Part shown: positions 40,737 through 50,090 of the stretch, in pieces
Layout: the number at the start of each line of letters is the position of its first letter
How positions within the stretch are numbered: the stretch's first letter is position 1
Source of the DNA: Polyangiales bacterium
Lineage (GTDB): Bacteria > Myxococcota_A > Polyangia > Polyangiales > Polyangiaceae
DNA: 64,000 bases
Assembly: GCA_038231275.1 (NCBI GenBank)
Contig: JBBRLQ010000001.1
Span: 576,001 to 640,000 of the forward strand
Direction: 5' to 3'
The notes under the pieces: generated by a model
The model's input: the letters and a program-made list of their open reading frames with translations, nothing else
Databases searched by the model: none
What the model was told of the DNA's origin: nothing
Made by a program: the position numbers and the translations under genes

Positions 40737-41531
40737 TCACGCCGGGGCAGGCAGCCAGCGCGCGACGAGCCAGTCGAGCGCGGCGTCCTTTGCGTCACGC
40801 ATCGCGCGATCGATCCCGGCGACGCGCGCGTCGGGCGTGGAGGTCCCATACGCCCGCGCGTAGAGCACCCAGTTCGACAGCTCGTAGTGATGAAGGAGCG
40901 GCGCGAAGCGGTGGGCGTCGAGCATGCCGAGCGCGTTCATCGCGGCGTCGGCGCCGTCGGCCGCGTGCAGCGCCGTCGTCGCGTCGAAGAGCAACTCGCG
41001 CAGATCCTCGAACGCGCGCTCCGGCGCATCGGCCATCGACGTGAGCAGCGCCTCGAAGTCGGCCTCCGAGAGCCCGGCTTGCTCGGCGGCGTTCGCCATC
41101 GCCGGGACTTGCGTAGCGAGAAACGCCGCGTCCGGCGAGCTGACGAGGAGGCGACCGACCAAGTACACGTCGAACGCGCTGGCGATCGACTCGCCGAGGA
41201 AGAGCGACGCCGACGACGGTGCGTTGCCATTCCGGGGCAGCGCCTTCGCCGCGAGGTGATGCCATGCCGCATGCGCGAGGACGTCCGCGTCGAGCCCATC
41301 GACGAGCACGTCGCCGCCGCCCTCGGCTCCCCAGTACGTGAGGTTGAGGAGCACCGCGCGGTCCCAGCGCCCCGCGAGAGAGCGCGGGAGGAGTCGGAAC
41401 GGGTACGCGTCGCGGCGCAGCACCTCTTTGAGATCGGCGTACAGACCGACCCCCCGAAGCGCGCGCTCGTCGGCGATCGTGAGGTCGTCGACGGTGTGGG
41501 TGTCGAAACGGAGGGCACCGCTCGGCTTCAT
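40737..41531 (-). CDS. Hypothetical protein with a zincin-like HxxxHH...E motif
   Basis: [11 protein letters not shown]...[19 protein letters not shown]. Confidence 0.75.
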   Translation of the reverse strand: MKPSGALRFDTHTVDDLTIADERALRGVGLYADLKEVLRRDAYPFRLLPRSLAGRWDRAVLLNLTYWGAEGGGDVLVDGLDADVLAHAAWHHLAAKALPRNGNAPSSASLFLGESIASAFDVYLVGRLLVSSPDAAFLATQVPAMANAAEQAGLSEADFEALLTSMADAPERAFEDLRELLFDATTALHAADGADAAMNALGMLDAHRFAPLLHHYELSNWVLYARAYGTSTPDARVAGIDRAMRDAKDAALDWLVARWLPAPA

Positions 41532-41601
41532 GCGCCAAACCTATCACCGGTGCTGCTTCTGGATTCGCGCGCGCGCCGGGCCGATCTACCCTGGGGAATC
41601 C

Positions 41602-42606
41602 ATGTCGCCGAGGAGGTCACGCATGCGCCGAGTCGTCACGATCGTCACCTTTGCACTCTGGGGCTGCGGTCCGCAGGAAAATCCGGGGCCTCCCGGCGCG
41701 CAAGGTCCGGCCGGCGCGCAAGGTTCGCCCGGCACCGTAGGCGCACCGGGCGAGCCCGGATCGGCGGGAACGGGCGGCGATGCGGGGCCTCCTGGTCCGC
41801 CGGGCCCCGCCGGTTCGCCCGGCGATGCAGGTTCCCCCGGTCCTTCCGTCGACGGCGGCGCGTACATCTGGAACGGTACGACGCCGCAGTCTGCGAGCTT
41901 CTGGGTCACTGGCGACGGCCGCGTCGGTGGCGGCATGCACGTCGGCGGCGCGAGCCTCTCGGCGACCCCTCCTCAGTACACGACGTTCGTGAGCGGGAAC
42001 GGCGCGGGCGAGAACTACCACGTCGTGGACGACGGCACCCGCCAACTGGTCACCGGTGTGAGCGGAGCGCGCGGAGCGATCGTGAGCGCCGTCTCGTCGC
42101 CGCTGGTCCTCGAATCGGCGGTCGCCACCACGACCGTCAAGGGGATCGACGTCCTCGTCGAGGCGGCGTCGTCGCTTGCGCTGACCGGCAACACGATCAA
42201 CTCACAGTCGACCGCGAACACAAAGATCGCCGCCGGCGCGCAGCTCCAGCTCCAGGGAAGCTCGAACGTGACGGTTACATCGCCGGGAAGCGTCAACGTC
42301 AACGCGACGCTCCTTCAGCTGAACGCGACGCTCACGAACGTCTCCGGCACCCTGGGCGTGGGCGTCATGCTCGTCACGAACGGTCCGAACTGCGTCCCGA
42401 ACGGGGTCAACTTCGACTGCACGTGCCCGTCGGGTATGACGGTCCTCAGCGGCGGAGGGATCGCCCCGAATGGCGCGATGCTGCGCGCCTCGATGCCGCT
42501 CGGCACCACCGGCTGGCGCGTCAGCTGCGCGCAGACCATCTCCGGCACCACCATCGACATCCCGTGCGCGACCGCCTCCGCGATCTGCGCGCGCCTCGGA
42601 CCGTGA
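41602..42606 (+). CDS. Collagen-like lipoprotein with a beta-stranded shaft and Cys-rich tip
   Basis: Lipobox LWGC; 18 consecutive Gly-X-Y triplets; [12 protein letters not shown]...WRVSC...AIC C-terminus. Confidence 0.85.
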   Translation: MSPRRSRMRRVVTIVTFALWGCGPQENPGPPGAQGPAGAQGSPGTVGAPGEPGSAGTGGDAGPPGPPGPAGSPGDAGSPGPSVDGGAYIWNGTTPQSASFWVTGDGRVGGGMHVGGASLSATPPQYTTFVSGNGAGENYHVVDDGTRQLVTGVSGARGAIVSAVSSPLVLESAVATTTVKGIDVLVEAASSLALTGNTINSQSTANTKIAAGAQLQLQGSSNVTVTSPGSVNVNATLLQLNATLTNVSGTLGVGVMLVTNGPNCVPNGVNFDCTCPSGMTVLSGGGIAPNGAMLRASMPLGTTGWRVSCAQTISGTTIDIPCATASAICARLGP

Positions 42607-42630
42607 TGGGTCGCCAGAGTCGTTCCCGCG

Positions 42631-43641
42631 TCAGAGCCCCGCTTCGGTGGCCTTCGCGTCGATGTACGCGTGGCAGACGGGGCGCCCTACGAAATCCGAG
42701 TAATCCGGGATCGCGCTGGCGTTCGACGGATCGTGGGGGCGCGTCGTGATTAGCGTCACGTGCACGCACCACGTCGCGCCGGCGTTGCACCCCGACGCGC
42801 TCGCGTCGTTCTGGAAGTAGCCGCCGTACTCCGCGCCGAGCGACTGCATCGTGCCGGCGTTGGGCGAGCTCGTCGCGCCGTCGTGCGACGAGACGAAATA
42901 CGCGCGCCGCAATCGCGCGACGGAGGCCGCGGTGAGCCCGCTCTGCCCGCCGTCGAGATCGAAGTACACGACGCGCTTGTCGGTGACGCCCCCCGGATCG
43001 AGCCCGCCGGCGAGCTGGCCGAGCAGCTCGTGCGCGACGAAGCTGCCGCTCGAGTGACCGAGCGCGAGGACGAACTTCGTCTTCGCCGTGACGCGCGGGA
43101 CGATCGCCTCGGCGATCTTGGAGTTGCCGATTTCCTGGTTCGTGTATGTCGGCGTGTCGGGCCCTTGCACCGCGAAGACGTGACGCACGCCGCGCGGTCC
43201 GAGCGACGCGTGGTAGAGCGCCGTCACCCACGCCTCGGCGGCCGCGAGCGTGACGCCGTAGCCCGCGTACGCGATGACGACGCCGTCGCCGAGCGGGTTC
43301 AGCGTGTCCTTGCGCGCCACACCGAAGCCCACCGCTGCACCGGTCTCCCAAGGGATTTGCTCGATCGGCGGCGGAGGAGGCGGAGGAGGTGGTGGCGGCG
43401 TCGGCGGGGGATGGGATCCACCGTCGATCTTGGCGGCGTCGGCTCCAGCGTCGCTCGTGATCGGTGTGCTGCCCGCGGCGTCGACATCCGGGGTGGGGTC
43501 CGAAGTCGGCGTGGCGGTCCCACCGTCGCCCGTCGCCGAGGGGTCGCTGCCCGCGCCGTCGCTGCATCCGACGGTCGAGGCGCTCGACAACAAGAGGAGG
43601 AGAGACCCCTTCACGAGACACGTGGCGACCGCAGAACGCAT
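42631..43641 (-). CDS. Lipoprotein with an alpha/beta-hydrolase-like domain
   Basis: Lipobox TVGC; poly-Pro linker; LALGHSSG nucleophile elbow. Confidence 0.75.
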   Translation of the reverse strand: MRSAVATCLVKGSLLLLLSSASTVGCSDGAGSDPSATGDGGTATPTSDPTPDVDAAGSTPITSDAGADAAKIDGGSHPPPTPPPPPPPPPPPIEQIPWETGAAVGFGVARKDTLNPLGDGVVIAYAGYGVTLAAAEAWVTALYHASLGPRGVRHVFAVQGPDTPTYTNQEIGNSKIAEAIVPRVTAKTKFVLALGHSSGSFVAHELLGQLAGGLDPGGVTDKRVVYFDLDGGQSGLTAASVARLRRAYFVSSHDGATSSPNAGTMQSLGAEYGGYFQNDASASGCNAGATWCVHVTLITTRPHDPSNASAIPDYSDFVGRPVCHAYIDAKATEAGL

Positions 43642-43658
43642 GGCGTCCTCCGTTGCCT

Positions 43659-43674
43659 CGCAATGGCTGCGCCA
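43659..43674 (-). promoter_or_regulatory. Putative sigma54 promoter
   Basis: Minus-strand TGGCGCAGCCATTGCG, GG-N10-GC. Confidence 0.65.
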
Positions 43675-43791
43675 ACGAAAAAGGCGCCAAAATGCTGCAA
43701 AATCGTCGACGATCCAGGCGCGAGCAACCGCGAGATCGCGTGAGGCCGCGCATGTCCTCCCGCAAGGCCGGCAGGACGCTACGCTCGCCGA

Positions 43792-44619
43792 ATGGGCCTC
43801 CCGCCTCGCGTCACCCCCGCCACGCGCGACGACTACGACGCGTGCGCGCGCCTCTTCGCCGAGCTCGCGGTGCCCGATCCGGTGTGGCCCCGTGAGCGCT
43901 TCGTCGAGAGCGTCGCGCCCGACACGATCGTGCTGCGCTCGGAGGGTGGTGAGGGCGGTGAGGACGAGGAGGTCGTCGGCTACGCTTGGGCGCGCCCACG
44001 CGGCGACGTCATGCACGTCGTCCACGTCGTCGTCGATCCGCGAGCACGGCGCAGCGGCGCAGGTGACCTACTCATGACGGCGCTGGCGGAGCGCGCGCGT
44101 GCGTCGGGTCTCGCGCGCTGGATGCTCAACGTGAAGCCCGACAACGTCGCCGCGCGCCGCCTCTACGAGAGGCACGGCATGCACGTCGCGTTCGAGTCGG
44201 CCTCGGTGCGCTTCTCATGGTCGGACGTCGAACGGCTCGACGAAGCTCCGGGAATGCGCGCTCGCCCATTGACGATCGCCGACGACGCTGCCTTCGAAGC
44301 CGCATGTGGCCTCGCGCGCGGCGAGATCGCGAGCCTGCGCGACGCCCAGGGCCGCGTGGCGCTCGGTGCGTGTGACATCGCAGGCACGCCCTTGGCCTTC
44401 GCGGCGTTCGACCGCGACTTCCCCGGACTCTCACCCGTTCGCGCCAGCGCCTCCGGCTCCGCCCGCGCCCTCCTCGCCGCGGCGCGCCCCTTCGTCCACG
44501 CCGGACAGACCTGGCTTCGCATCTTCGCGGAAGGAGATCCGGCGCTAGAGGAAGCGCTCACACGCGCCGGCGGCCAGGTTGTCCTCCGCGCGCTCCGTAT
44601 GGAGGGCACCGTCCCCTAG
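43792..44619 (+). CDS. GNAT-family N-acetyltransferase
   Basis: VVVDPRARRSGAG acetyl-CoA motif; NVAARRLYERHGM. Confidence 0.88.
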   Translation: MGLPPRVTPATRDDYDACARLFAELAVPDPVWPRERFVESVAPDTIVLRSEGGEGGEDEEVVGYAWARPRGDVMHVVHVVVDPRARRSGAGDLLMTALAERARASGLARWMLNVKPDNVAARRLYERHGMHVAFESASVRFSWSDVERLDEAPGMRARPLTIADDAAFEAACGLARGEIASLRDAQGRVALGACDIAGTPLAFAAFDRDFPGLSPVRASASGSARALLAAARPFVHAGQTWLRIFAEGDPALEEALTRAGGQVVLRALRMEGTVP

Positions 44620-44678
44620 CGTGTCACGCCCTCGATCACCTAACCGCTATCACCGCCCAAGCGCGCCTATTGAGTCCG

Positions 44679-45431
44679 TCAGTCGGCCGAGTCGACGCCG
44701 GCGTCGCCGCCAGCAACGGCCGGCTCACACCGCGCGCCGAGATCGAACCCGTGCGCCGGCGCGCGACGCAATCGAAGCTCGGTGGGCCGCGCGAAGACGC
44801 CGTCCTCGACGAGCAGGTCCTCCGGGTGGTTTCGGTTCCACAGCCTCTGGAACGCTTTGGTGCTGAGACCGGCGAGATCGACGTCGCCCCCCGCCGAGTA
44901 GTCGTGATGAACGGGATCGGCGCTCCCGAACCAGTGGAACCCTTGCGCGACGAGGAGTCGCGAGCGCCCGCCGACCGCGTCGACCGCCAGACCCTGCTCG
45001 TGATTGCTCGCCCCGACCGGCGCCGCCAGGCCGATGCCGCAGCGGCTCCCTGTGTACCAGCGATGGAGGAGGTACTGCTGCGGCGTGGTGCGGAGCGCGG
45101 AGTTGATCGTGATCGCGCCGCGCGCGCCCGCACGCCGGAGGGCGTCGGCCGCGGACTGCTGGAGGTAGGGGAACACGTCGGCGTCGAGCGTCACGCCGGC
45201 GAGACCGTCGATGCGGACGAGCGCGCCGGGCTGCATGCAGTCGACCTCGGCGACGAGCTGCTCGGCGAGCCCGCGCACGACGTCGGTGGAGCATCCGCCG
45301 CGCACCGCCGCCGCGTCCACGGTGCCGGCGACGACGTCGGCCTCGCTCGACCCGGGCGAGCCCTCCGAGTCAGCGCCGCACGCGCACGCGACGATCGCAG
45401 CGACGCTGGCGAGGAGGAAGCGAATCCGCAT
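44679..45431 (-). CDS. M15-family peptidoglycan metallopeptidase lipoprotein with a PG-binding-like tail
   Basis: INSALRT..QQ, SNHEQGLAVD, DPVHHDY; KAFQRLWN...EDGVF. Confidence 0.85.
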   Translation of the reverse strand: MRIRFLLASVAAIVACACGADSEGSPGSSEADVVAGTVDAAAVRGGCSTDVVRGLAEQLVAEVDCMQPGALVRIDGLAGVTLDADVFPYLQQSAADALRRAGARGAITINSALRTTPQQYLLHRWYTGSRCGIGLAAPVGASNHEQGLAVDAVGGRSRLLVAQGFHWFGSADPVHHDYSAGGDVDLAGLSTKAFQRLWNRNHPEDLLVEDGVFARPTELRLRRAPAHGFDLGARCEPAVAGGDAGVDSAD

Positions 45432-45445
45432 TTGGCGCAGGTCAC

Positions 45446-45461
45446 TGCAAGGCACGTGCCG
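45446..45461 (-). promoter_or_regulatory. Putative sigma54 promoter (near-leaderless)
   Basis: Minus-strand CGGCACGTGCCTTGCA, ending 14 nt before the ATG. Confidence 0.65.
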
Positions 45462-45600
45462 ATGTCGCACATGTGCACACACGTAAAATTCTCAATGACT
45501 TCGCGTGGCAACCGCAGAAACCACCGCGGTCGCGCGATCCGGGGTGGTTCCACCGCGGCTCACCGGCACCGTTTCGTCGCGTCGCGATAGGCTCGCGCCC

Positions 45601-47637
45601 GTGAGTTGGCTCGGGGCTCGAAGCGCGCGCGCAATCGCCGTCGCCGTCGCGATCGGCGCGGGTGCGATGCTCGCCGGCACCGGCGCGTCCGCGTTCGTGC
45701 CCGCCGGGCACAAGGTGCTCGAGTCGGTCGCGTACCGTGAGATGGGATCGCGGCGCGACGGCGCGACGCCGGCCGATCTCGTCATCCTCGCCGACCTGAC
45801 GCGCGACGGCGTCTTCGAGAAGCCGCTCTGCTTCGAGAACGCGACCGACGACTGCGCCGCGCGCTACGAGACCGATCCGCTCGCGTGGTGGCCGACGCCG
45901 CACACCGACGCGCCCGATCGCATCCTCGCGCGCCAGTTCGATCACGTCGGGCAGTGCTTCCACTTCATGGCGCAGTCGAGCGACGAGCGCGGCGACCACT
46001 ACACGACCGCCGCCGCCGCCGGCCAGCCCCACGCATCGTACGGCCTCATCTGGGACGCGTACGATCGCTGCGTCGATCTCATGTCGTCGCTCGTCGGCAA
46101 CGTGGTGGACGATCCGATCGCCGCCCGACGCGGCGCGGTGGGCATGTACGAGCTGATGCACGCCGTCATGGACTCGTACTCGCTCGCGCACGTCGAGCGC
46201 GACTTCGCGAGCTGGGCCCACGAGGACGCGCGCACCAACGATCCGCGCATCGTCTTCCTCAAGGTGTGGCAGCCGACGGTCCCCAACCCGTTCGGTGGCG
46301 CGCACCAGAACACGCGCCACGAGATCTTCGAGGCGCGCGACGACGCGTTCATCGACGCCACACGGGTCATAGACGGTCGGCCGTGCAGCTTCTACGTGCC
46401 GCGCCCGTACTCGATGCCGTCGGCGTGCCTGTCGCAGTCGGGTCGCCTCGCCGTGGAGGCGCTCAAGGACATGATGCGCCTCGTCCACGGGCTGCGCGCG
46501 CAGATGCCGAAGCCGACGTGGTCCACCTGCGATCGCTCGGCGTGGAATTGGTTCGTCGCGAAGCATTTCGCGCACGCCGCCGTTCCCGAGCGCGCGCTCG
46601 GCCACGGGAAGCCGAGCCCCGAGCGCGTGGAGATCCCGTACCTGTTCTTCGGGACGCGCGCGCTCTTCACGCCGTCGGAGTCGCGCACCGATCTCGGCAT
46701 GTTCGGGCGCTACCTCCTCACCTCGGGCCGGTTCGATCCGGTCTCCCTGGGCGTGAGCCTCGAGCTCGGGAGTCGCCACGATTTTCGCGCGCGCCAGCAG
46801 GCGTTCATGGTCCGGCAAGACGTCGAGATGCTCTTCACGCTAGGGGACAACGTGATACTCGGCATCACGCCGTTCTCGGTGGGCTACTTCGCGGCGCCGA
46901 GCCGCGACGCGTCGCTCGAGGTCGTCACGCGCCTCGGCCGCCTCGAGTGGTTCGAGCCGTTCGGCGCGCGCCGCATCTCGCTCACCGCGTGGGGCCCGGC
47001 GGAGTATTCGTGGCTCGACGAGGAGGCGCACTGGACGTTCGGTCTCGGTATCTCGGGCGCCATGCTCGAGCACGCCGCCGGCGCCGCCGACATCTCGCTC
47101 CGTCCGCCGAAGCCGGAGCCCATCACCGGCTCGTGGCGACCGCCGGACCCGTGGGCGAGCGAGCTCCGGTCGACGAGCGGCCCGATCACGATGGGCGCGT
47201 ACGTCGGCGCGACGACCGGCGAGCATGGGCTCGTGACGGGCGCCGACGGCCAGATCCACGAGGGCCTCGAGCTCGCGTTCTTCCGCCGGAACTGGTGGCA
47301 GGAGCTGAACCCGGTCTCGTTCAGCGTGCTCTTCGACGACGCGGTCCTCATCACGCCGGGCGCCGCGCCGCACACGTCGCTCGGCGGGTACGCGAGCGGA
47401 AGGCTCTATTTTTTAGGCTCCCTCGGCGCCATCGTGACCGCCGGCGCCGATACGGGCGATCTGTCGGGCGCGGACCTCCGCCCGCCGTCGGTGCATGGCC
47501 GGGGCGGGCTCGTCCTCACGATTGGGGATCTCGATCTCATCGTCGAGTCGCCGACGATTCCTCGTTTCAGCTTCCTCGATCGCGAGATCTTCAGCGCGAA
47601 GATTGCGCTGCAGCTGTTCTCGTTTCGCAGCCGCTGA
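45601..47637 (+). CDS. Secreted protein: phospholipase C/P1-nuclease-like N-domain plus beta-strand-rich C-domain
   Basis: Signal peptide ASA|FVPAGH; HFM; LMHAVMDSYSLAH; amphipathic beta strands in the C-terminal half; start uncertain (45505 possible). Confidence 0.7.
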   Translation: MSWLGARSARAIAVAVAIGAGAMLAGTGASAFVPAGHKVLESVAYREMGSRRDGATPADLVILADLTRDGVFEKPLCFENATDDCAARYETDPLAWWPTPHTDAPDRILARQFDHVGQCFHFMAQSSDERGDHYTTAAAAGQPHASYGLIWDAYDRCVDLMSSLVGNVVDDPIAARRGAVGMYELMHAVMDSYSLAHVERDFASWAHEDARTNDPRIVFLKVWQPTVPNPFGGAHQNTRHEIFEARDDAFIDATRVIDGRPCSFYVPRPYSMPSACLSQSGRLAVEALKDMMRLVHGLRAQMPKPTWSTCDRSAWNWFVAKHFAHAAVPERALGHGKPSPERVEIPYLFFGTRALFTPSESRTDLGMFGRYLLTSGRFDPVSLGVSLELGSRHDFRARQQAFMVRQDVEMLFTLGDNVILGITPFSVGYFAAPSRDASLEVVTRLGRLEWFEPFGARRISLTAWGPAEYSWLDEEAHWTFGLGISGAMLEHAAGAADISLRPPKPEPITGSWRPPDPWASELRSTSGPITMGAYVGATTGEHGLVTGADGQIHEGLELAFFRRNWWQELNPVSFSVLFDDAVLITPGAAPHTSLGGYASGRLYFLGSLGAIVTAGADTGDLSGADLRPPSVHGRGGLVLTIGDLDLIVESPTIPRFSFLDREIFSAKIALQLFSFRSR

Positions 47638-47686
47638 CCGTCCGCTGGCTTGACGATCGCGCGCGGCGTGGGATTGAGTAACGCGC

Positions 47687-49072
47687 ATGTGGAGCCCGTC
47701 GCGCCCGTCACCCCCGCGCTTGCTCCTCGCGTTCGCGTGCGTCGCCGCGTGCTCGAGCGCGCGCGCTCCTGCGTCGCCGCCCCACGCGTGGCACGTCGCG
47801 GACGGGTTCATCCGCGACGCCGACGGACGCGCAGTGATCATGCACGGCGCGAACATCGCCGGCGCCGACAAGCAGGCCCCGTATTGGGACGGCAAAACCG
47901 AAGCCGACTGGCGTCGCGCGCGCGACGCGTGGGGCTTCAACGCCGCGCGCCTCGTCATCGTATGGGCAGCCGTCGAGCCGGCGCGCGGCGTGTACGACGA
48001 CGCATTCCTCGACGCGGTCGCCGCGCGCGTCGAGTGGGCGGCGCGCGCGAACATGCTCGTCGTCATCGACATGCACCAGGACGTCTACGGCGAGGGCTTC
48101 GGCTTCGACGGCGCTCCACGTTGGACGTGCGACGAGAGCCACTACGCCCACTTCAAGCCGATCGAGCCGTGGTTCTTGAACAGCCTCGACGGAGACGTGA
48201 CCGCCTGTGTGGACGGCTTCTGGGCGTCCGCCGATTTGCATGCACACTACAAGGAAGCGTGGCGTCGCCTCGCCGCGCGTCTTGTCGGGTACGACAACGT
48301 TGTCGGCTTCGACGCGATGAACGAGCCCTATTGGGGCAGCAAATCGATCCTGGATTTCGAAGGGGACCTCCTCGGGCCGTTCTACGAAGAGCTCGTCCCC
48401 GCCGTTCGCGCTGCGGCGCCGCACTGGGTCGCCTTCCTCGAGCCGTCCGCGTCGCGCAACCTCGGCGGGACGACGCGCTTGCCGACGTCGTTCTCGTTCG
48501 CCGACATCGCGTACGCGCCGCACTCGTACGATCGCGACGCCGAGAGCGGAAAAGGATTCGATCCTGCCCATCGCGTTGATCTCCTCGCCAACGTCGCCGC
48601 GCTCGCCAAAGAAGCGCGCGATCGATCGGCCGCGCTGTGGATCGGCGAATACGGCGCCCCCGGTGCCGCCCCGGGCATCGCCGAGTACATGACCGCGCAG
48701 TACGACGCGGCGGGCGCGGTGGCTGCGAGCAACATGGTCTGGGCCTACGACGCGAGCGTCAACTATGGCCTGCTCAACCCCGACGGTTCCGAGAAGCAGA
48801 GCCTCCTCGACGTCGTTGTCCGCCCGTATCCGGAGCGCATCGCCGGCGATCCGGTCTCATACGCGTTCGACGCGGCGACGAAGACGTTCACGCTCACCTA
48901 CCGACCGACGCGATCGATCACCGCGCCGACCGTCGTCTCCGTCGCGCCGCGCCTCTACCCTGCGGGCTACACGGTGGAGTGCGGAGGCTGCGTGTTCGAC
49001 AAGACCCCGGGCGGGTTCGTCGTCACGTCAGCGCCGCCCGGTGACACCGCGACGATCGTGCTTCACCCGTAA
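47687..49072 (+). CDS. GH5 endoglycoceramidase-like lipoprotein
   Basis: DMHQDVY, MNEP (acid/base), YAPHSY, WIGEYG (nucleophile), RPYPERIAG C-domain. Confidence 0.92.
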   Translation: MWSPSRPSPPRLLLAFACVAACSSARAPASPPHAWHVADGFIRDADGRAVIMHGANIAGADKQAPYWDGKTEADWRRARDAWGFNAARLVIVWAAVEPARGVYDDAFLDAVAARVEWAARANMLVVIDMHQDVYGEGFGFDGAPRWTCDESHYAHFKPIEPWFLNSLDGDVTACVDGFWASADLHAHYKEAWRRLAARLVGYDNVVGFDAMNEPYWGSKSILDFEGDLLGPFYEELVPAVRAAAPHWVAFLEPSASRNLGGTTRLPTSFSFADIAYAPHSYDRDAESGKGFDPAHRVDLLANVAALAKEARDRSAALWIGEYGAPGAAPGIAEYMTAQYDAAGAVAASNMVWAYDASVNYGLLNPDGSEKQSLLDVVVRPYPERIAGDPVSYAFDAATKTFTLTYRPTRSITAPTVVSVAPRLYPAGYTVECGGCVFDKTPGGFVVTSAPPGDTATIVLHP

Positions 49073-49078
49073 AAAAGG

Positions 49079-49966
49079 CTACTTCGCGACGATCGCGACG
49101 TCGTCGATGTGCCAGCCCGGCTTGGCGGCCGCGAGCGCGTTGTCGGCGGTGCTCTTGCCGGTCGAGTACGCGAAGCGGACCATGAACTGGTTGGTGCGGA
49201 GCGCGACCGGCACGTCGGCCTCGAACGCTTCCCAGCCGGTGCTCTTGTTGATGAAGCCGCTCTTCGCGTCGACGTGGAACGACGATGGGCCCGGGCACAC
49301 GTACTGGCCGAGGAACCCGCGCGATGCTGCGATGCTGACGTTGCCGACGGAGGGCGGTGAGGTGATCGCCGTCGTCCACGTCGCGCCGCCGTCGCCCGAG
49401 AGCTCGACGATGCCGCCGTCGTAGTACGTGGTCCCCCCCGCGTCGGTGTAGCCGAGGAAGTCGTACGCGTGCCAGAAGGTGACTTGCACCGAGCCCGCGG
49501 CGGCGCACGACGCGAGGTCGATCACGGGCGAGCGCAGCTCTGCGCGCTGGCACTGGGCGTACGGGCCGGTGAGGCTCGTCGCGAAGCAGTTCGTGCTGGA
49601 GTGGCAGCCGAGCGCGCCGGCGGCCGCGCCGTAGGTCCATGCGTCGAAGGTGGCGCCGCTCGCGCCGTCGAGCGGCACGTGCGTGAACGCGCCGTCGCTC
49701 GACTCAAAGTCGAATGTCTTGCCGCACGCGAGGTTCACGGGGGCCGCGTCGGGCGGCGCCGCGGAGTCGACGGTCGCCGCGTCGAACCCCGGGGTCCCGC
49801 CGCCGGAGTCCGGGCTTGGGTGGGCAGCCGCTCCGGTGTCGGCCGACGCGTCCGTGTCCGTGGCGACGGTGCCGGGATCGACGGGGGCGTCGGTCACGCT
49901 GGTTCCGTCTGCGCATGCCGCGACGATGGCGGCGGTTCCGAGCACGAAAAGGCAGCTCCGAATCAT
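49079..49966 (-). CDS. Lipoprotein with a jelly-roll (MAM/immune-inhibitor-A-like) domain
   Basis: Lipobox IVAAC; FDFE, LRSPVIDL, YDGGIVELSGDGGATW, GWHIDDV. Confidence 0.8.
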   Translation of the reverse strand: MIRSCLFVLGTAAIVAACADGTSVTDAPVDPGTVATDTDASADTGAAAHPSPDSGGGTPGFDAATVDSAAPPDAAPVNLACGKTFDFESSDGAFTHVPLDGASGATFDAWTYGAAAGALGCHSSTNCFATSLTGPYAQCQRAELRSPVIDLASCAAAGSVQVTFWHAYDFLGYTDAGGTTYYDGGIVELSGDGGATWTTAITSPPSVGNVSIAASRGFLGQYVCPGPSSFHVDAKSGFINKSTGWEAFEADVPVALRTNQFMVRFAYSTGKSTADNALAAAKPGWHIDDVAIVAK

Positions 49967-50090
49967 GGGGGCGCGCACTCTACGACAAGATCCGCGTCGC
50001 GCAAGACACGACGCCCCATCCGTCGTGAGCGGAACGCTGCAGACGCGCGGAGGGCGTCCCGCGGCGCGTGGTGCGCTAAGCTTCGCACCC

